NCBI GenBank assembly: GCA_951406725.2
Contig: OX597835.1
Location: 9,858,001 to 9,922,000, forward strand
Reading direction: 5' to 3'
Length of the DNA: 64,000 nucleotides
Source of the DNA: Octopus vulgaris
Taxonomy: Eukaryota
Shown here: piece after piece, positions 1-13,301 of the stretch
How the letters are laid out: every line of letters starts with the position of its first letter
Position numbering within the stretch: position 1 is the stretch's first letter
The notes under the pieces: generated by a model
Seen by the model: only the letters and a program-made list of their open reading frames with translations
What the model was told of the DNA's origin: nothing
Databases searched by the model: none
Program-made: the position numbers and the translations under genes

Positions 1-20
1 TATATATATATATATATATA

Positions 21-247
21 TATATTATATTAAATTAGAGACAAAACCACTATTATGCAGATCAAACAATGAAAGACTTAAGCCAATACATAAATTAATT
101 TATATTATTTAGATATGTAAAAATTATTAAAAAATATTAATATAATTTTTTGTCTCTAATTTAATATAATATAATATTTTACTATAAAATTGGATTCAAT
201 CCTAAATCTGATTTTTCCCTGTAAGTTTGGATTTATTCCCTAATATT

Positions 248-250
<3 letters not shown>
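21..250. mobile_element. Small repeat between (TA)n tracts with a 26-bp internal inverted duplication (possible Penelope-like end fragment)
   Basis: 21-46 (TATATTATATTAAATTAGAGACAAAA) is the exact reverse complement of 148-173; (TA)n on both sides. Family assignment is inference. Confidence 0.4.
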
Positions 251-285
<35 letters not shown>

Positions 286-289
<4 letters not shown>

Positions 290-628
290 GTAAAGACCCC
301 CTTCGGTCATGAATGACCATGGGATTGCACCTAGAAAGTTACCCTCCTAGACACAAGTCCGGGCAAGGTTGTTTATGGAAGACCAGCAGTCGCCCATGCA
401 TACCAGCCTCCCCTCTCCACGCCACCAGTGTTATCCAAGGGAAAGACAAAGGTCGATACAGCTTGGCACCAGTGACGTCGCAACTCATTTCTACAGCTGA
501 GTGAACTGGAGCAACGTGAAATAAAGTGCCTTGCTCAAGAACACAACACGCAGCCCGGTCCGGGATTCGAGCTCACAACCTCACGATCGTAAGCTCGACG
601 CTCTAACCACTGAGCCATGCGCCTTCAC
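286..628 (-). mobile_element. tRNA-derived SINE, family D
   Basis: Minus strand starts GTGAAGGCGCATGGCTCAGTGGTTAGAGC (A box) ... GAGCTCGAATCCC (B-box-like); central TTGAGCAAGGCACTTTATTTCACGTTGCTCCAG is shared with 17532-17852. Confidence 0.8.
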
Positions 629-640
629 ATGGCTCAGTGG

Positions 641-678
<38 letters not shown>

Positions 679-922
679 ACATCTATGCATGTGCATACGT
701 ATCTCCATGGTATTGTGTTTCCGTGTGTGTCTGCGCGCGCATGTTCACCGGAATTAGGAAGAACGCTGTGAAAGATTGATGGAATCAGTGTCGTCAATAA
801 TTTCATTTGTGACGTGTGAAGTATCTTATCCTTTAGATGCAAAGAGGAATTCAGGATTAGCGACAGAAAGGGCAAGCATACACAGACAACACTAAAACAA
901 AAGACAGTAAAAACAGGAAAGT

Positions 923-1165
<243 letters not shown>

Positions 1166-1167
1166 TA

Positions 1168-1233
1168 ATTGTTCCACGTCCTCGCGTTGCTGTTTTTTCT
1201 GTGTTTTTTTCTGTTTTCCTGTTTGGATTAACT
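1168..1233 (+). mobile_element. 3' fragment of the hammerhead-containing small repeat family
   Basis: TTGTTCCACGTCCTCGCGTTG...GTTTGGATTAACTA matches the 3' part of 47141-47347. Confidence 0.7.
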
Positions 1234-1612
1234 ATGTATCTATGTATACATATTTACATAAAGAGGTGATAAATTGAATATTAATTTAATTAACATCAGT
1301 TTAAAAGCAGTGGTCTATCACAGAAAAATCTGAAAATTCGGAAAAAATTGTATTACATGCGTATAAGAAGTGATGACCACTAAGTGGACATCCAATATGC
1401 TAGAAATAGATCACCTACGATCTAACCACAATGGAAGAGAATGTGTGCGTGTGTGTGTGCGTGTGTGTGGTACGTGCAAGATGATATCTTGAAAACAAAA
1501 GTATTCAATATTTAATTTCTTATATAGTTATGCGGATGTTTTAGTGTGTGAAATCGATAACATACAATTTAATTTAATTAAAAAAATTTTGCAGTTTTAT
1601 TTTGATTAATGT

Positions 1613-1999
1613 GGAAGCTCTCCGTCGGTTACGACGACGAGGGTTCCGGTTGATCCGAATCAACGGAACAGCCTGCTCGTGAAATTAACGTGTAAGTGGC
1701 TGAGCACTCCACAGACACGTGTACTCTTAACGTAGTTCTCAGGAATATTCAGCGTGACACAGAGAGTGACAAGGCCGGCCCTTTGAAATACAGGTACAAC
1801 AGAAACAGGGAGTAAGAGTGAGAGAAAGTTGTGGTGAAAGAGTACAGCAGGGATCACCACCACCCACTGCCGGAGCCTCGTGGAGCTTTTTAGGTGTTTT
1901 TCGCTCAATAAACACTCACAACGCCCGGTCTGGGAATCGAAACCACGATCCTACGACCGCGAGTCCGCTGCCCTAACCACTGGGCCATTGCGCCTCCAC
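1613..1999 (-). mobile_element. tRNA-derived SINE family A, tail type 1, full length
   Basis: Minus strand GTGGAGGCGCAATGGCCCAGTGGTTAGGGCAGCGG...GGTTTCGATTCCC (A/B boxes); target-site duplication (TSD) TTTGATTAATGT at 1601-1612 and 2000-2011. Confidence 0.92.
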
Positions 2000-2549
2000 T
2001 TTGATTAATGTACCAAGGACACCAAACCAAAAACTCTCACTACACTTTCCTACATTTAGCGTCTCTGACCATAACTCACTCTCACTCTTGTTGTTTTGGT
2101 TTCCCTCTACCAACGTGACCGACGTCGAACACATTGCGTTTTATCACATATGAGATTATATCCTAAATTCTGAATTCAACGTTGTTTAAAATATTAGGGG
2201 TCGTTGATCCAAAAGTCCGATTTATGGTTGTAAAATGTGGTTAATTTTGAACGTATAAGTAGGTTATCTCGATATAATTTACTTAATTTTCAGTTATAAT
2301 ATGTAATTTGTCCATGTTCTATCAGTGAAGCACAATGTCCACAAAACGAACCGTTTCCATGCTACAGAGATTTTGGACAAATTATTCTAGTTGTCATTTA
2401 TATATATATGTATATTTATATATATGTGTGTGTGTGTGTATAATATATATATATATATGTATACTCAGACCCACAGGCCATATATATAAATATATATATA
2501 TATGTATGTATATATACTCAGACGAACAGACAGACACACAGACACAAAA

Positions 2550-2606
<57 letters not shown>

Positions 2607-2616
2607 AAGATAGATA

Positions 2617-3297
2617 AGTTTCTTTATTGGCCACACAGGGCTGCACACAGATGGGACAAGTTACAAGGTAGAGCTTTTCTTTGGGGAGGGTGAAAAAACT
2701 AAAACAAAAAAAAAACAAAAGAAAAAAATAAAGGTGGCGTAGGTTTTCGATCAAAAGGGATCGTAAAAGTGAAAAAAGAACAAAAAAAAGAAAAGAAAAG
2801 ATAAAAAAAAAGGAAAAGGAACAAAAGAAAAGAAAATGAAAAAAGAAGAAAAAAAGGAAAAAAAGAGGGAAGAGGAAAAAAAACGATAACTAGGGATCGT
2901 GTATCACAGTGTCATGATGTATGGTGTAAAGGGGAAAGCAAGTAAGGTTTATCCGTGAGAAGAAAAACCTACGGAAAAGACCACGGTAACTTTGGTCAAT
3001 ATTGTTATATATTACCACATTTGTTTGCAAGTGGGTAACCCTCTGTTTTCAATTTCTGGGTTCATAGGATTATGCTCAAGGTGGCTTCGTCATTCATACG
3101 TGCCATCCTTGCTACATTCACCCATCTTTTTTTAAAACATTCGCTAGACAAAACTTGCCTCTCTACTCTCACTTTCCTTTTCAAGTGGTACTTGAAGAAG
3201 TTGATGAGAGGTTGACCAGAGAGGAAAGTGTTTGTCTCCAATCCTTTCAGACGCGTCCACCAGATACATCCTTTCGCCATAGCCACAAGGATGATGA
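2617..3297 (-). mobile_element. 5'-truncated Tx1/L1-like LINE (ORF2 C-terminus and 3'UTR) inside a (GATA)n tract
   Basis: Encodes ...AKGCIWWTRLKG...FFKYHLKRKVRVERQVLSSECFKKRWVNVARM..., a Tx1/L1-type ORF2 C-terminus; 3'UTR ends AATAAAGAAAC; (GATA)n on both sides (2551-2616, 3298-3366). Confidence 0.75.
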
Positions 3298-3367
<70 letters not shown>

Positions 3368-3391
3368 GAATAGATGGCTACATACATACAT

Positions 3392-3430
3392 CTATTGGCA
3401 ACAAATCTTGAAATAAACTGAATAATAACA
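3392..3430 (+). mobile_element. Short 3' fragment of the (TACA)n-associated retroposon
   Basis: AAATCTTGAAATAAACTGAA matches the end of 15682-15793; (CATA)n on both sides. Confidence 0.6.
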
Positions 3431-4205
3431 TACATACATACATACATACATACATAAAAAAGTGCCCTGGACTCTACATTTCCCCGTTGGTTGAAGACGA
3501 TTCAAAGAAACAAGGTTGTGTTTGTACAACGACGAGCATTGGAACCAAATCTGTAATGCCAGCAGCCCTATGTGTGATTTCTATAGTCAGAACTGGAGGA
3601 ATGGTTTCCCACCGAATTCGAAGAACACAAATGGTGTTTTCTTTTTCGACAGTTTTTGAATCTCGTTTGCAATAAATTTACGAAATTCTGGCAATTCTGA
3701 AGAAAGACAAGTAACAAATGAAATAGAGGAAGCCGAAAGTGAAATGTTTATAATACTGTTTAGCTGTCTCCGTCTGGTGATCGATAGAGCAGCACCGTTT
3801 TATTCATGCTAAATTTACCTGTACTTTCGGCGGTAACGATACAGAAACAATCGATTCAAGGAATGATTTCCTTCCCCGAAGGAATTATTTTATAGCAATT
3901 CCTTCACTCTTCATAATAGGTGAGAAGGCCTTTTACCTCTGTGCAAGTTAACTTAATTTCCTTCAGCGAAATGGATTCCACAGGAGTTGCAGCTAAGTCC
4001 GTTACATTATCACTAAATCCGAGCAGAAGAACGCTTATTAGCAAATTCAGTTAATACGATTCCAATTGAATTTCGTTTGCCAGAAAGAGCGCTTCCACCT
4101 GTAAGTATATATATATATATTTTTATATATATACTTATATATATATATAATAGAAATATTAAAATTACTAAGTCTCTCTAAAGGAGATTACGGCAGCGTT
4201 ACTGG

Positions 4206-4459
4206 ATATTAATAGTTATCGCCATAGTAATATGGCAGTCTATAAATATAAGACTAAAGCCGTCGCTGATTAGCTCCAAGACATCTGCAGATGTCTGACT
4301 AGCAAGGTGAAGCGGCTGACCTTCCCTGTTCGAAGGTTGTAATGGACGCAGGTTCGTGTGTCATATACCTAGCTAGAGGCGGTGGCCTCTTGGAGCTAAT
4401 CAGCGACAGCTTTAGTCTTATATTTATAGACTGCCATATTAGTATGGCGATAACTATTA

Positions 4460-4463
<4 letters not shown>
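4206..4463. repeat. 76-bp inverted repeat with 106-bp spacer, next to (TA)n
   Basis: 4206-4281 is the reverse complement of 4388-4463 with 2 mismatches. Confidence 0.9.
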
Positions 4464-4498
<35 letters not shown>

Positions 4499-5077
4499 AC
4501 CTTATACCCTTAGTCCGACAAAATATATTTTGTTTCACCACTGTGCTTCGTTAGACATTGAACTAAGTGGTGTGGTTCAGCCGATTTAATAGGGACTGGG
4601 TAGAAGGATAGATACAAAAGTAAAGAATATATGGTAGGGTGTGGTACTGGACAAAATGGAAGTCTACATAATACCCAGAAAATGGTTGAGGCGTGAGATC
4701 ATTTACAAACTCTGTAATATATGGTAATAAATTGGAAATATATAAATGGTTATTGAGCTGAGGTTGGTGTCAGTAATATATGTGAAGTGTTGACAAAGGG
4801 AATCGGTATTTCTTATTAGTAATTATGAAGGGAAACATGCGGGAACCGGCGTAATGCAGTTCATTGGGGAAACGAGGACAGAAGTTTGTGAGGGAGGGGC
4901 ACTGAGATTGTTGTAGGGTAGGGGAGACTTTCGCAGGCTAAAATAAAACGCTGGTAATGTGCCAGGTTGTAATAACTCTTTCTTCCATAGGTAGAAGACT
5001 TGGAATTTTGAGGGGAGGGGTCAAGCCGATTTCATCGAAACCCAGTGCTCCACTGGTGCTTATTGTATATAGACTCC

Positions 5078-5360
5078 TGCGTTCTGAGTTCGAATTCCGC
5101 CGAGGTCGACTTCGCCATTTATCCATTGGGGGTAGTTGAAATAAGTAGCAGTTATGCACTTGGGTCGACGTAATCGACTAGCCCCCTTGCTCAAAAAAAT
5201 TTTCTAGGCTTTGTGCCTAGAGTAGAATGAATTATATATCGACTATGAAAGGATGAACGACAAAAGCGATCTCAGCTGAATTCGAACTAAGAACGTAAGG
5301 ATCCGGGACACATACCGCTCAACATTTTGCTCGACTTGCTACCAATTCTGTCAGCTCACC
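5078..5360. mobile_element. Two degenerate family B SINE fragments in opposite orientation
   Basis: 5078-5230 (+) contains GTTCTGAGTTCGAATTCCGCCGAGGTCGAC; 5235-5360 is a diverged reverse-complement copy of the head. Confidence 0.6.
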
Positions 5361-7120
5361 TAGCGTGACTTAAAAACAAAAGAATAAAGTAAACGGGATT
5401 AATTTTATTATTTCATTCCTATAAGTACGCTCCAATGATACAAGTTAATGAGATTTATTTTTTAAGGAAATAATCACAATTTTTTTTATTGTTTCCCCCC
5501 TGAACAAGTACTGCTCATGAAGTTGTGCCACTGACATTTACGTAAAGGAATGAAGTAATTAAATTAATCCGTCTTATAGTTTTCTTGCTGTTCAATCATG
5601 ATATGTGCCGTGTGCTTCTTACAGTCTGTGCATCTGAATCATACAATTATGTGATATTTTCCAGGCGTATTTATTGAACTGCAACAGAGGATATGTACAA
5701 AATAAGGGCAACTCTGAGACGATCTAGAAGTTAAGGTTTGCAAGTTGTCAGAGAGAATGTTTAGTTAGGAAATCAACATTGATTCCTAATATTGACATAA
5801 AATGTTGCTGAAGGATATATTTGAAGATTTGTTCAATTCCTAGCTGATATTTTAAATGATCAACCCAAACGTAAAGACGCTCAAATATACACCTGGTAGT
5901 ATATTGTTCAACGTTCTGTTGTTTCTGAAACTGAATTGCTAAACAGAAAAAAAAAACTGCTGCTAAATATGAAAATAAAATAAAAGAACATCTGTGAAGG
6001 CAAACGTTTCTTCGCTCCCTTTTTGTACATGTCCCTTTATTATTTCCTTCAAGAAATAATGGCTTTGAATAACGATTAATACGAAGTATTAGATTTCGTT
6101 ATTTCTCAGGGCACCCGAATATTAGTCAACTCTATACTTTCTAATTTAATATTGGCAAGGGAGCGACAATTCTAATTGTAGTAAATTTATGAGAAATACG
6201 TCCATGATTATTATTCCGTTTTTGTTGTTGTCTAGCGTAGTTTCAGAGTAATAAGATGCCTAAACACACTTGTACCGTATTTTATTTGAAATTGCCTTCA
6301 CAACGATGTTAAGGTAAAGTGCAGGCGACTGTGTGTTTGGAAAATATTGGTTCCAAATCGGTGTAAATAATGATATTCGTCAACGTCTCTCGCCATTTAG
6401 ACTTCGCTTATACCAGCCAAAAGAAATTAGATTTTTTCTGGTTCGGGAAACTCTTTTAAATTTGATTTGCTTTGTGAGAGCTTATTTGAAAACAGTCCAA
6501 AAATAACCAAAATTGGAATGAACTTTGGAATACTGCTATAATAATATTTGCATTATGATGAGAATGCCTGCAGTCAGGACTGTGGTATTGACCGCATTGT
6601 ATGCCAACGTTTTTCTCTTTTCACTCACGAGTTCAAAACACCCCGTGAGTCACTGTGCCTATGAGTGCAGTGAATTAAGGTGAGTTCATATACTAAATTT
6701 AACATATAAAATTATTAGCAACAACTATATCAAAATTAAAAGAGATACACTGTTGAAAGCCTTCTAACCTGTAGTGTAAGTCTCGAGGAAGAATCTTTTG
6801 TAGATATATCATGTTAAAAATACACAGAAAGGTATCAACAGTAAACATTTTCAATATTTCTGAGCTTTTTAACACTATACGTCTATAAGAAATTCTTTCT
6901 CGAGACGAATACCGCATTTAGGAAGCCTTTAACAATATATTTACTTAAATATTATATACAGATCGCTAATTTGGACTAATACTGCTTCGTCGCTAATAAC
7001 GAGTATGAAGTATATATCAGCATCGTATTGGAGTTGAATTATATAGTTTCTCCTACAAACTGTGGCCTTGAGAGTAAGCAGTATTTGTAAATATAAATAG
7101 TATTATATTGTATTCAGTTA

Positions 7121-7521
7121 TCTATATATATAAAACTGAAGTTGTGTGGTGTCTGTCTCCTACGATTTAGATTCCTAACTACTCCCACATTTTGCGGTGC
7201 AGTTTAACCAAAAGCGGGTATCTTATAGTCGTGATTCATATCGAGCCCTTCTGGGTATTAGCGCGCGTCTACGATGAGTCTACGATTTAAAAAAAAATTT
7301 ACCATCATTTTTTTCCATTTTTAATGTTTTTTTGCTATTATATAAGGGAAGTAACTCTCTAAAAATGTCTACGATGAATCTATGATTTAAAAAAAATTTA
7401 CCATAATCTTTTCCCATTTTTAATGCATTTTTTGCTATTATATAAGGGAAGTAACTCTCTAAAAAATGCTTATATAGTTATTTCCCTTACAAATCCGAGC
7501 AACGCCGGGTGATATTGCTAG
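7121..7521 (+). mobile_element. Non-autonomous Helitron
   Basis: A|TCTATATA...GCTAG|T: 5' TC, 3' CTAG, inserted between A and T with no TSD; subterminal GC-rich hairpin-like CCGAGCAACGCCGGG; internal tandem duplication; homologous copies elsewhere in the window. Confidence 0.85.
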
Positions 7522-7809
7522 TATGTTATATATTATCTATATATTAATACATTAAGACCGAATACGTTACGCTGACGAATGCGTTACGATGAAGAGTGAG
7601 AGAAAAAGAGGGAAAGAGGAAGAGGGAGAGACAAAAAAGAGGTCGGGAGAAGTGTTAACACGTGACGTTGGGGAAAGTAATAGTTATTGCGCTAAGACCC
7701 TGTTAAATATTTAGTTGAAGGGAGAAAGGAAAAGAGAAGGAGAGGGAGTGTTAGCGCTGAGAAATAAGAGAAAGGCATTGTTATTACGTTGTGTGGTTAG
7801 TTGGAGAAA

Positions 7810-8197
7810 GTGGAGGCGCAATGGCCCAGTGGTTAGGGCAGCGGACTCGCGGTCATAGGATCGCGGTTTCCATTCCCAGACCGGGCGTTGTGAGTGTTTA
7901 TTGAGCGAAAACACCTAAAACCTCCACGAGGCTCCGGCAGGGGGTGGTGGTGATCCCTGCTGTACTCTTTCACCACAACTTTCTCTCACTCTTACTTCCC
8001 GTTTCTGTTGTACCTGTATTTCAAGGGGCCGGCCTTGTCACACTCTGTGTAACGCTGAATATCCCCGAGAACTACGTTAAGGGTACACGTGTCTGTGGAG
8101 TGTTCAGCCACTTACACGTTAATTTCATGAGCAGGCTGTTCCGTTGATTAGGATCAACCGGAACCCTCATCGTCGTAACCGACGGAGTGCTTCCACC
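7810..8197 (+). mobile_element. SINE family A, tail type 1, full length
   Basis: Same head and tail as 1613-1999; TSD AGTTGGAGAAAG at 7799-7810 and 8198-8209. Confidence 0.92.
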
Positions 8198-8711
8198 AGT
8201 TGGAGAAAGAGGTAGAAAGAAGATGCAGTGAGAGAGAGAGAGAGTTAAACATATTAAGTGCAGGGGCGCGTGGTATGGTTGGAGGGAGAGACAAAGAGGG
8301 ACAGTGAGAGAATGAGTTTTGACTGAAATGAACGCGGGAGGGGAAAGTTGTTGCGTGATTTTAAACGTGGCAGAGTAGAATGCTGTGAAAGATAATAAAA
8401 GGAAAGTTTAGTTGTTGCTACAAGTTTTAATGTTCAACCGTTTCTATATCTTCAAGATATAATGACACATAGTTAAGTTAGAGTATAAAGAAAAACGAAG
8501 AGAGAAAAGGAAAAAAGGGAAAACATGAAACCATACAAAAAAAACATAAAGGAAAGCAAATGAAACAGAAAAAGCTACAAAAATTCAACAGTTGTACGAA
8601 GTTAAATCAAAGTGAAATCATCTTATCATGTTAGTTGTGGAGGCTGATTCTTACCTGTTTGTGCGTAGCAGCCCAAAAACTAACGTCATACTGGGGAACC
8701 ACAATTATATA

Positions 8712-9168
8712 TACTCTTTACTCTTTCGCTCTTTTACTTGTTTCAGTCCTTTGACTGTGGCCATGCTGGAGCACCGCCTTTTTTAGTCGAGCAAATCGAC
8801 CCCAGGACTTATTCTTTGTAAGCCTAGTACTTATTCTATCTGTCGCTTTTGCCGAACCGCTAAGTTACGGTGAGATAAGCACACCGGCATCAGTTGTCAA
8901 GCGATGTTGGAGGGGGGGCGGAGACAAACACAGACACACAAACATACACACATATATATTTATACATATATATAAAACAGGCTTCTTTCAGTTTCCGTCT
9001 ACCAAATTCACTCGTACAGCAGGGATTGCCACCACCCCCTGCCGGAGCCTCGTGGAGCTTTAGGTGTTTTCGCTCAATAAACACTCACAACGCCCGGTCT
9101 GGGAATCGAAACCGCGATCCTACGACCGCGAGTTCGCTGCCCTAACCACCGGGACATTGCGCCTCCAC
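8712..9168 (-). mobile_element. Chimeric SINE: family A head (9014-9168) joined to family C body and tail (8712-9013)
   Basis: Minus strand reads the A head to ...CCCTGCTGTAC, then directly GAGTGAATTTGGTAGACGG of family C. Confidence 0.75.
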
Positions 9169-9320
9169 ATATTATATTATATTATATTATATTATATTAT
9201 ATTATATTATATTATATTATATTATATTATATTATATTATATTATATTATATTATATTATATTATATTATATTATATTATATTATATTATATTATAATAT
9301 ATTATATTATATTATATTAT
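9169..9320. repeat. (TATTA)n pentanucleotide microsatellite, resuming at 9607-9683
   Basis: Direct reading. Confidence 0.95.
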
Positions 9321-9606
9321 GTGGAGGCGCAATGACCCAGTGGTTAGGGCAGCGGACTCGCGGTCAGAGGATCGCGGTTTCGATTCCCAGACCAGGCGTT
9401 GTGTGTGTTTATTGAGCGAAAACACCTAAAAGCTCCACGAGACTCCGGCAGAGGGTGGTGATCCCTACTGTACTCTTTCACCACTCTTTCTTCTGTTGGC
9501 CTGCTCGCTTAGCCAGCGGGGTGGCGTCGTTCGAAGGCTAAAACAATGCGAACGCATTGTGACCAGCGATGTGTAGCAACATCTGATGGTCTGGTCGGTC
9601 ACGTGA
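9321..9606 (+). mobile_element. SINE family A, tail type 3
   Basis: A head followed by a different tail, CTGTTGGCCTGCTCGCTTAGCCAGC...GGTCACGTGA; embedded in (TATTA)n. Confidence 0.85.
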
Positions 9607-10146
9607 TATTATATTATATTATATTATATTATATTACATTACATTATATTATATTATATTATATTATATTATATTATATTATTAAGTGGGTGAACTGGAA
9701 GAATCGTTAGCTTGAAGAATCGTGAGCAGCATTTCCTCGGCTTTTACGTTCTGAGTTCCAATTTTGCTGACAATGAAATAAGTACCAGTGGAGCAGTGGA
9801 GTCGATGTAATCGATTAGCCCCCGCCTCCCCAAAATGTCAGGCCTTATACCTAGAGTAGAACCTATTATTTTATATTCAGTAGTATTTTGATTCTTATGC
9901 GGAGTCGTTATATGCTGGAGGCGAATGAAAAGCGTGATGTGATTTCTTATTGATGTCCTTTCATTTATTCCTCTTAATAATTCAAAGTCCCTCTCAATAT
10001 TACAAGTGTGACACTATCATATATGTATTAGGCATACAGAACGATCCCTTGAGGTATTTTAGCTCAGCTCTGACTCCATAATCTCCATCAACTTTAATTC
10101 TTTCAGTCTCTCTCTCTCTCTCTCTCTCGTTCCCTGTCTCTCTCTT

Positions 10147-10211
<65 letters not shown>

Positions 10212-10935
10212 GTGCATATTTCTATTTCTATTTCCACCGATCGTTTATAAATCCTGCAAACTGACCTTAAGCCTATTCACTGAGAAGAAGCTCAACTTTA
10301 AAAAAAATTGTCTTTTAAATTAACCAGTTGCCTTCAAACATGTTCCACTCCTACCTGCATTCCTTTTATTTTACGAAAATATGGCTTTAGTAGTATTACA
10401 GTTAGTTCCCTTTGTTTTAAGATATTCCCCGAGAGGAAGACTGCTTTTTATTTGTAAGAATAGATTTTCTAAACCGATTTTTTTTCTCATTTGACTCTAT
10501 TGTGTATGCTAGACACAGTTATCTGTGTGTTAGATTTCCTAAAATGATTTAGTGACGTATTTTCACACCATTACTATTTTTCATATCATCAGCGACATTA
10601 CTGCCGTCTGCTGTATATATATATATATAAATATATATATATATGATAGTATTATATTATACTGTTATATTATATAATGTTATATTAATATGACATGCGA
10701 TAATGCGATATAACATAACATATAACTGAATAAATTCTAATATTATTCTAAATTATAAAACCTAATAACGAAAGCGCTTACATACAAAACCCACACAAAA
10801 CAAAATACTCACAGTTCTTCCACAAAAGCAAGTGACACTCGGTTAAATGGAAGAAATTATCTTTTAAATAGTTGAAAACGTTTAAAAAATTTTTTTCTAA
10901 TGATATATGTATGCGTGTGTGTGTGTGTGTGTGTG

Positions 10936-11047
10936 TGTCATTTTCAGGTTTATTTCAAGATTTCTTGTCAAAAGAGAAAGAACCGGTTTCTAACCTAGAT
11001 CTAAGGCTCCTTCTTTGGAATTTCAACACAAACAACAGAGTATCTTT
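10936..11047 (-). mobile_element. (TACA)n/(TG)n-associated retroposon 3' fragment
   Basis: Reverse-complement homologue of 15682-15793. Confidence 0.7.
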
Positions 11048-11161
11048 ATTTGATTGTATGTGTGTAAGTATAAATGTGTGTGTGTCTGTGTGTGTGTGTC
11101 TGTGTGTGTGTGTCTGTGTGTGTGTCTGTGTGTGTGTGTGTTTGTGTGTCTGTGTGTTTGT

Positions 11162-11203
<42 letters not shown>

Positions 11204-12734
11204 ATATAATACACACACACACATATATATATATAGACTCTTCGTACTTTACAGCATTTGCATCGTTTCTATTCACGAAATGTTTTCCTGCCTTCGTCCA
11301 CCTAAACAATTTATATCACAAAAATTTTATGAGTGTCGTGACTGCGAAGATATATCTTTAGATGGCTTGTGTAGCACAGACTTAAAAATATCGAATGGTA
11401 ACTACTATTGCAGCTCCAGCGGGGTGGTATCGATAAAAATAAATTTCTTTGATAATTTATAAAAAAACTATATCCACAATGGAAGTGAGAGGTGTTATCA
11501 CATTAAGGAAGAACATCTCTTAACTGTTGGCATATATTCTTTTCAAAGACACCTGTGAACAACGACGTTCTCATTTAAGTCTGCGCCGTCTCAGCAATAC
11601 GAATTTCCATAAAAGAGGCATTATCGAGAGTAGAATCTTTATCCTCTCTTACAGTTACTACTAAGCTCTATGGGAAATTTTCAATAACTAACATCATGTG
11701 TCATTGTGGCATCTTTTCTGATTCATTTTAAAGCATATAATTCATTTCATATATCCCATAGCTGAAATCGAAGACACCGATAAATATATATTTATCTCGG
11801 TATCTATAGATCTTACTTAACCTCGCATAACATTAGAAAACAGCCGGACGTGCCAGTGAAGAAAAAATGCTTCACTGGAGATTTCCGCTCTCCGCCTAAT
11901 TTAAATACAGTACAAACAAATATCTCTTCGTGACCCCCTGATTTCCTACCATGGCCACACTTGACTTTTCTTATATGTTTTATTATGTTTTGCGACCTCT
12001 TCTATTGTTTGGTTTTCTTTAACTACAACGAAGATTTCTGTTTAGACAAACAGGAAAACGTATTGAGATTTCTATTCCCTGATCATTAGCTCCCTCATCA
12101 CCGCCAGCTTCCACATAATTATCTTCATTTATAATTGTTAGGTTTTGTATTACTTTACTGCAGCATCTTTTATTTTCTTTCTCACTTCTTCTCATCCACT
12201 TCCCTACCTTTTCCTCTTCCTCTTCTCCTGCACAAACAATTCCACTGATAAGTGCTGTTATCATTTTGGCAACTCTAACAAAGAATTTCTCATCGAAAGG
12301 AAATACCAATATATTCTATCGGCATTACTGAGTAGATTTGGGCGTGATCAAGCAAATATCATCCGTTCCTTGAATGGAATGGGAAGAGAGGTCTTACGCT
12401 ATCTTCTCCGCCGTACATTTCGCATTAGAGTGTCTAGTAAGAGGTGTGCAAAGCGAATTGTCTACAAATGAGTGCCTTCAGATGGTCTAGGGGCGTCTCA
12501 CATTCTCCAACTATTTAAACGCGTTTATGTATGTGTTTCTATGTTTGTGCGTATATGTATGTATATCTTTATATATCCATGGATACGTACGCACGCAGAC
12601 ACGTGGATACACACACACTCACACATTAATATATTGTTCTTTAATATGGAGAAAAAATTCGAATCCTACAGAAAAGATTGAGTTATTTTTCCGTTTAATT
12701 GATTTTATTATATTTCGATGTAAAAACAAATGTT

Positions 12735-12894
<160 letters not shown>

Positions 12895-13147
12895 AACATT
12901 TGTATGTAAGCGCTTTCGTTATTAGGTTTTATAATTTAGAATAATATTAGAATTTAAACAGTTATATGTTATGTTATATTGCATTATAGTATGTCATATT
13001 AATATAACATTATATAACATACCCTGGTAACTATTTTTTTCCGTGTTAATTGTTAACAAGGTAAAAATACATTCATCATATATATATATATTTATATATA
13101 TATATATGTGCATATATACATATACACATATAAGCATACATATATAC

Positions 13148-13198
<51 letters not shown>

Positions 13199-13301
13199 CA
13201 TACATACATATATACATATGTAAATGCATGTATATATGTATGTATTATCAGTCGCGATTTTGATGTTGTTTGTGTTCTTGGTTAAAATCAATTTTCTTGG
13301 T

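Noticed and set aside
3487-4100. Unique segment with splice-like signals
   Set aside because: All three minus-strand frames between the putative splice sites (~3820-4098) contain stops, and no homology was recognised.
7810-7885. tRNA gene calls at SINE heads (also 53291, 17532, 58720-58793)
   Set aside because: A/B boxes are present but there is no proper acceptor stem, and each runs into a multi-copy SINE body.
7944-8147. Recurring 60-80 aa ORF (VVIPAVLFHHNFLSLLLP...)
   Set aside because: Incidental frame inside SINE A copies; starts are non-ATG or variable.
12019-12471. Overlapping 96 and 108 aa ORFs
   Set aside because: Non-ATG starts, partly low-complexity sequence and no recognisable motif.
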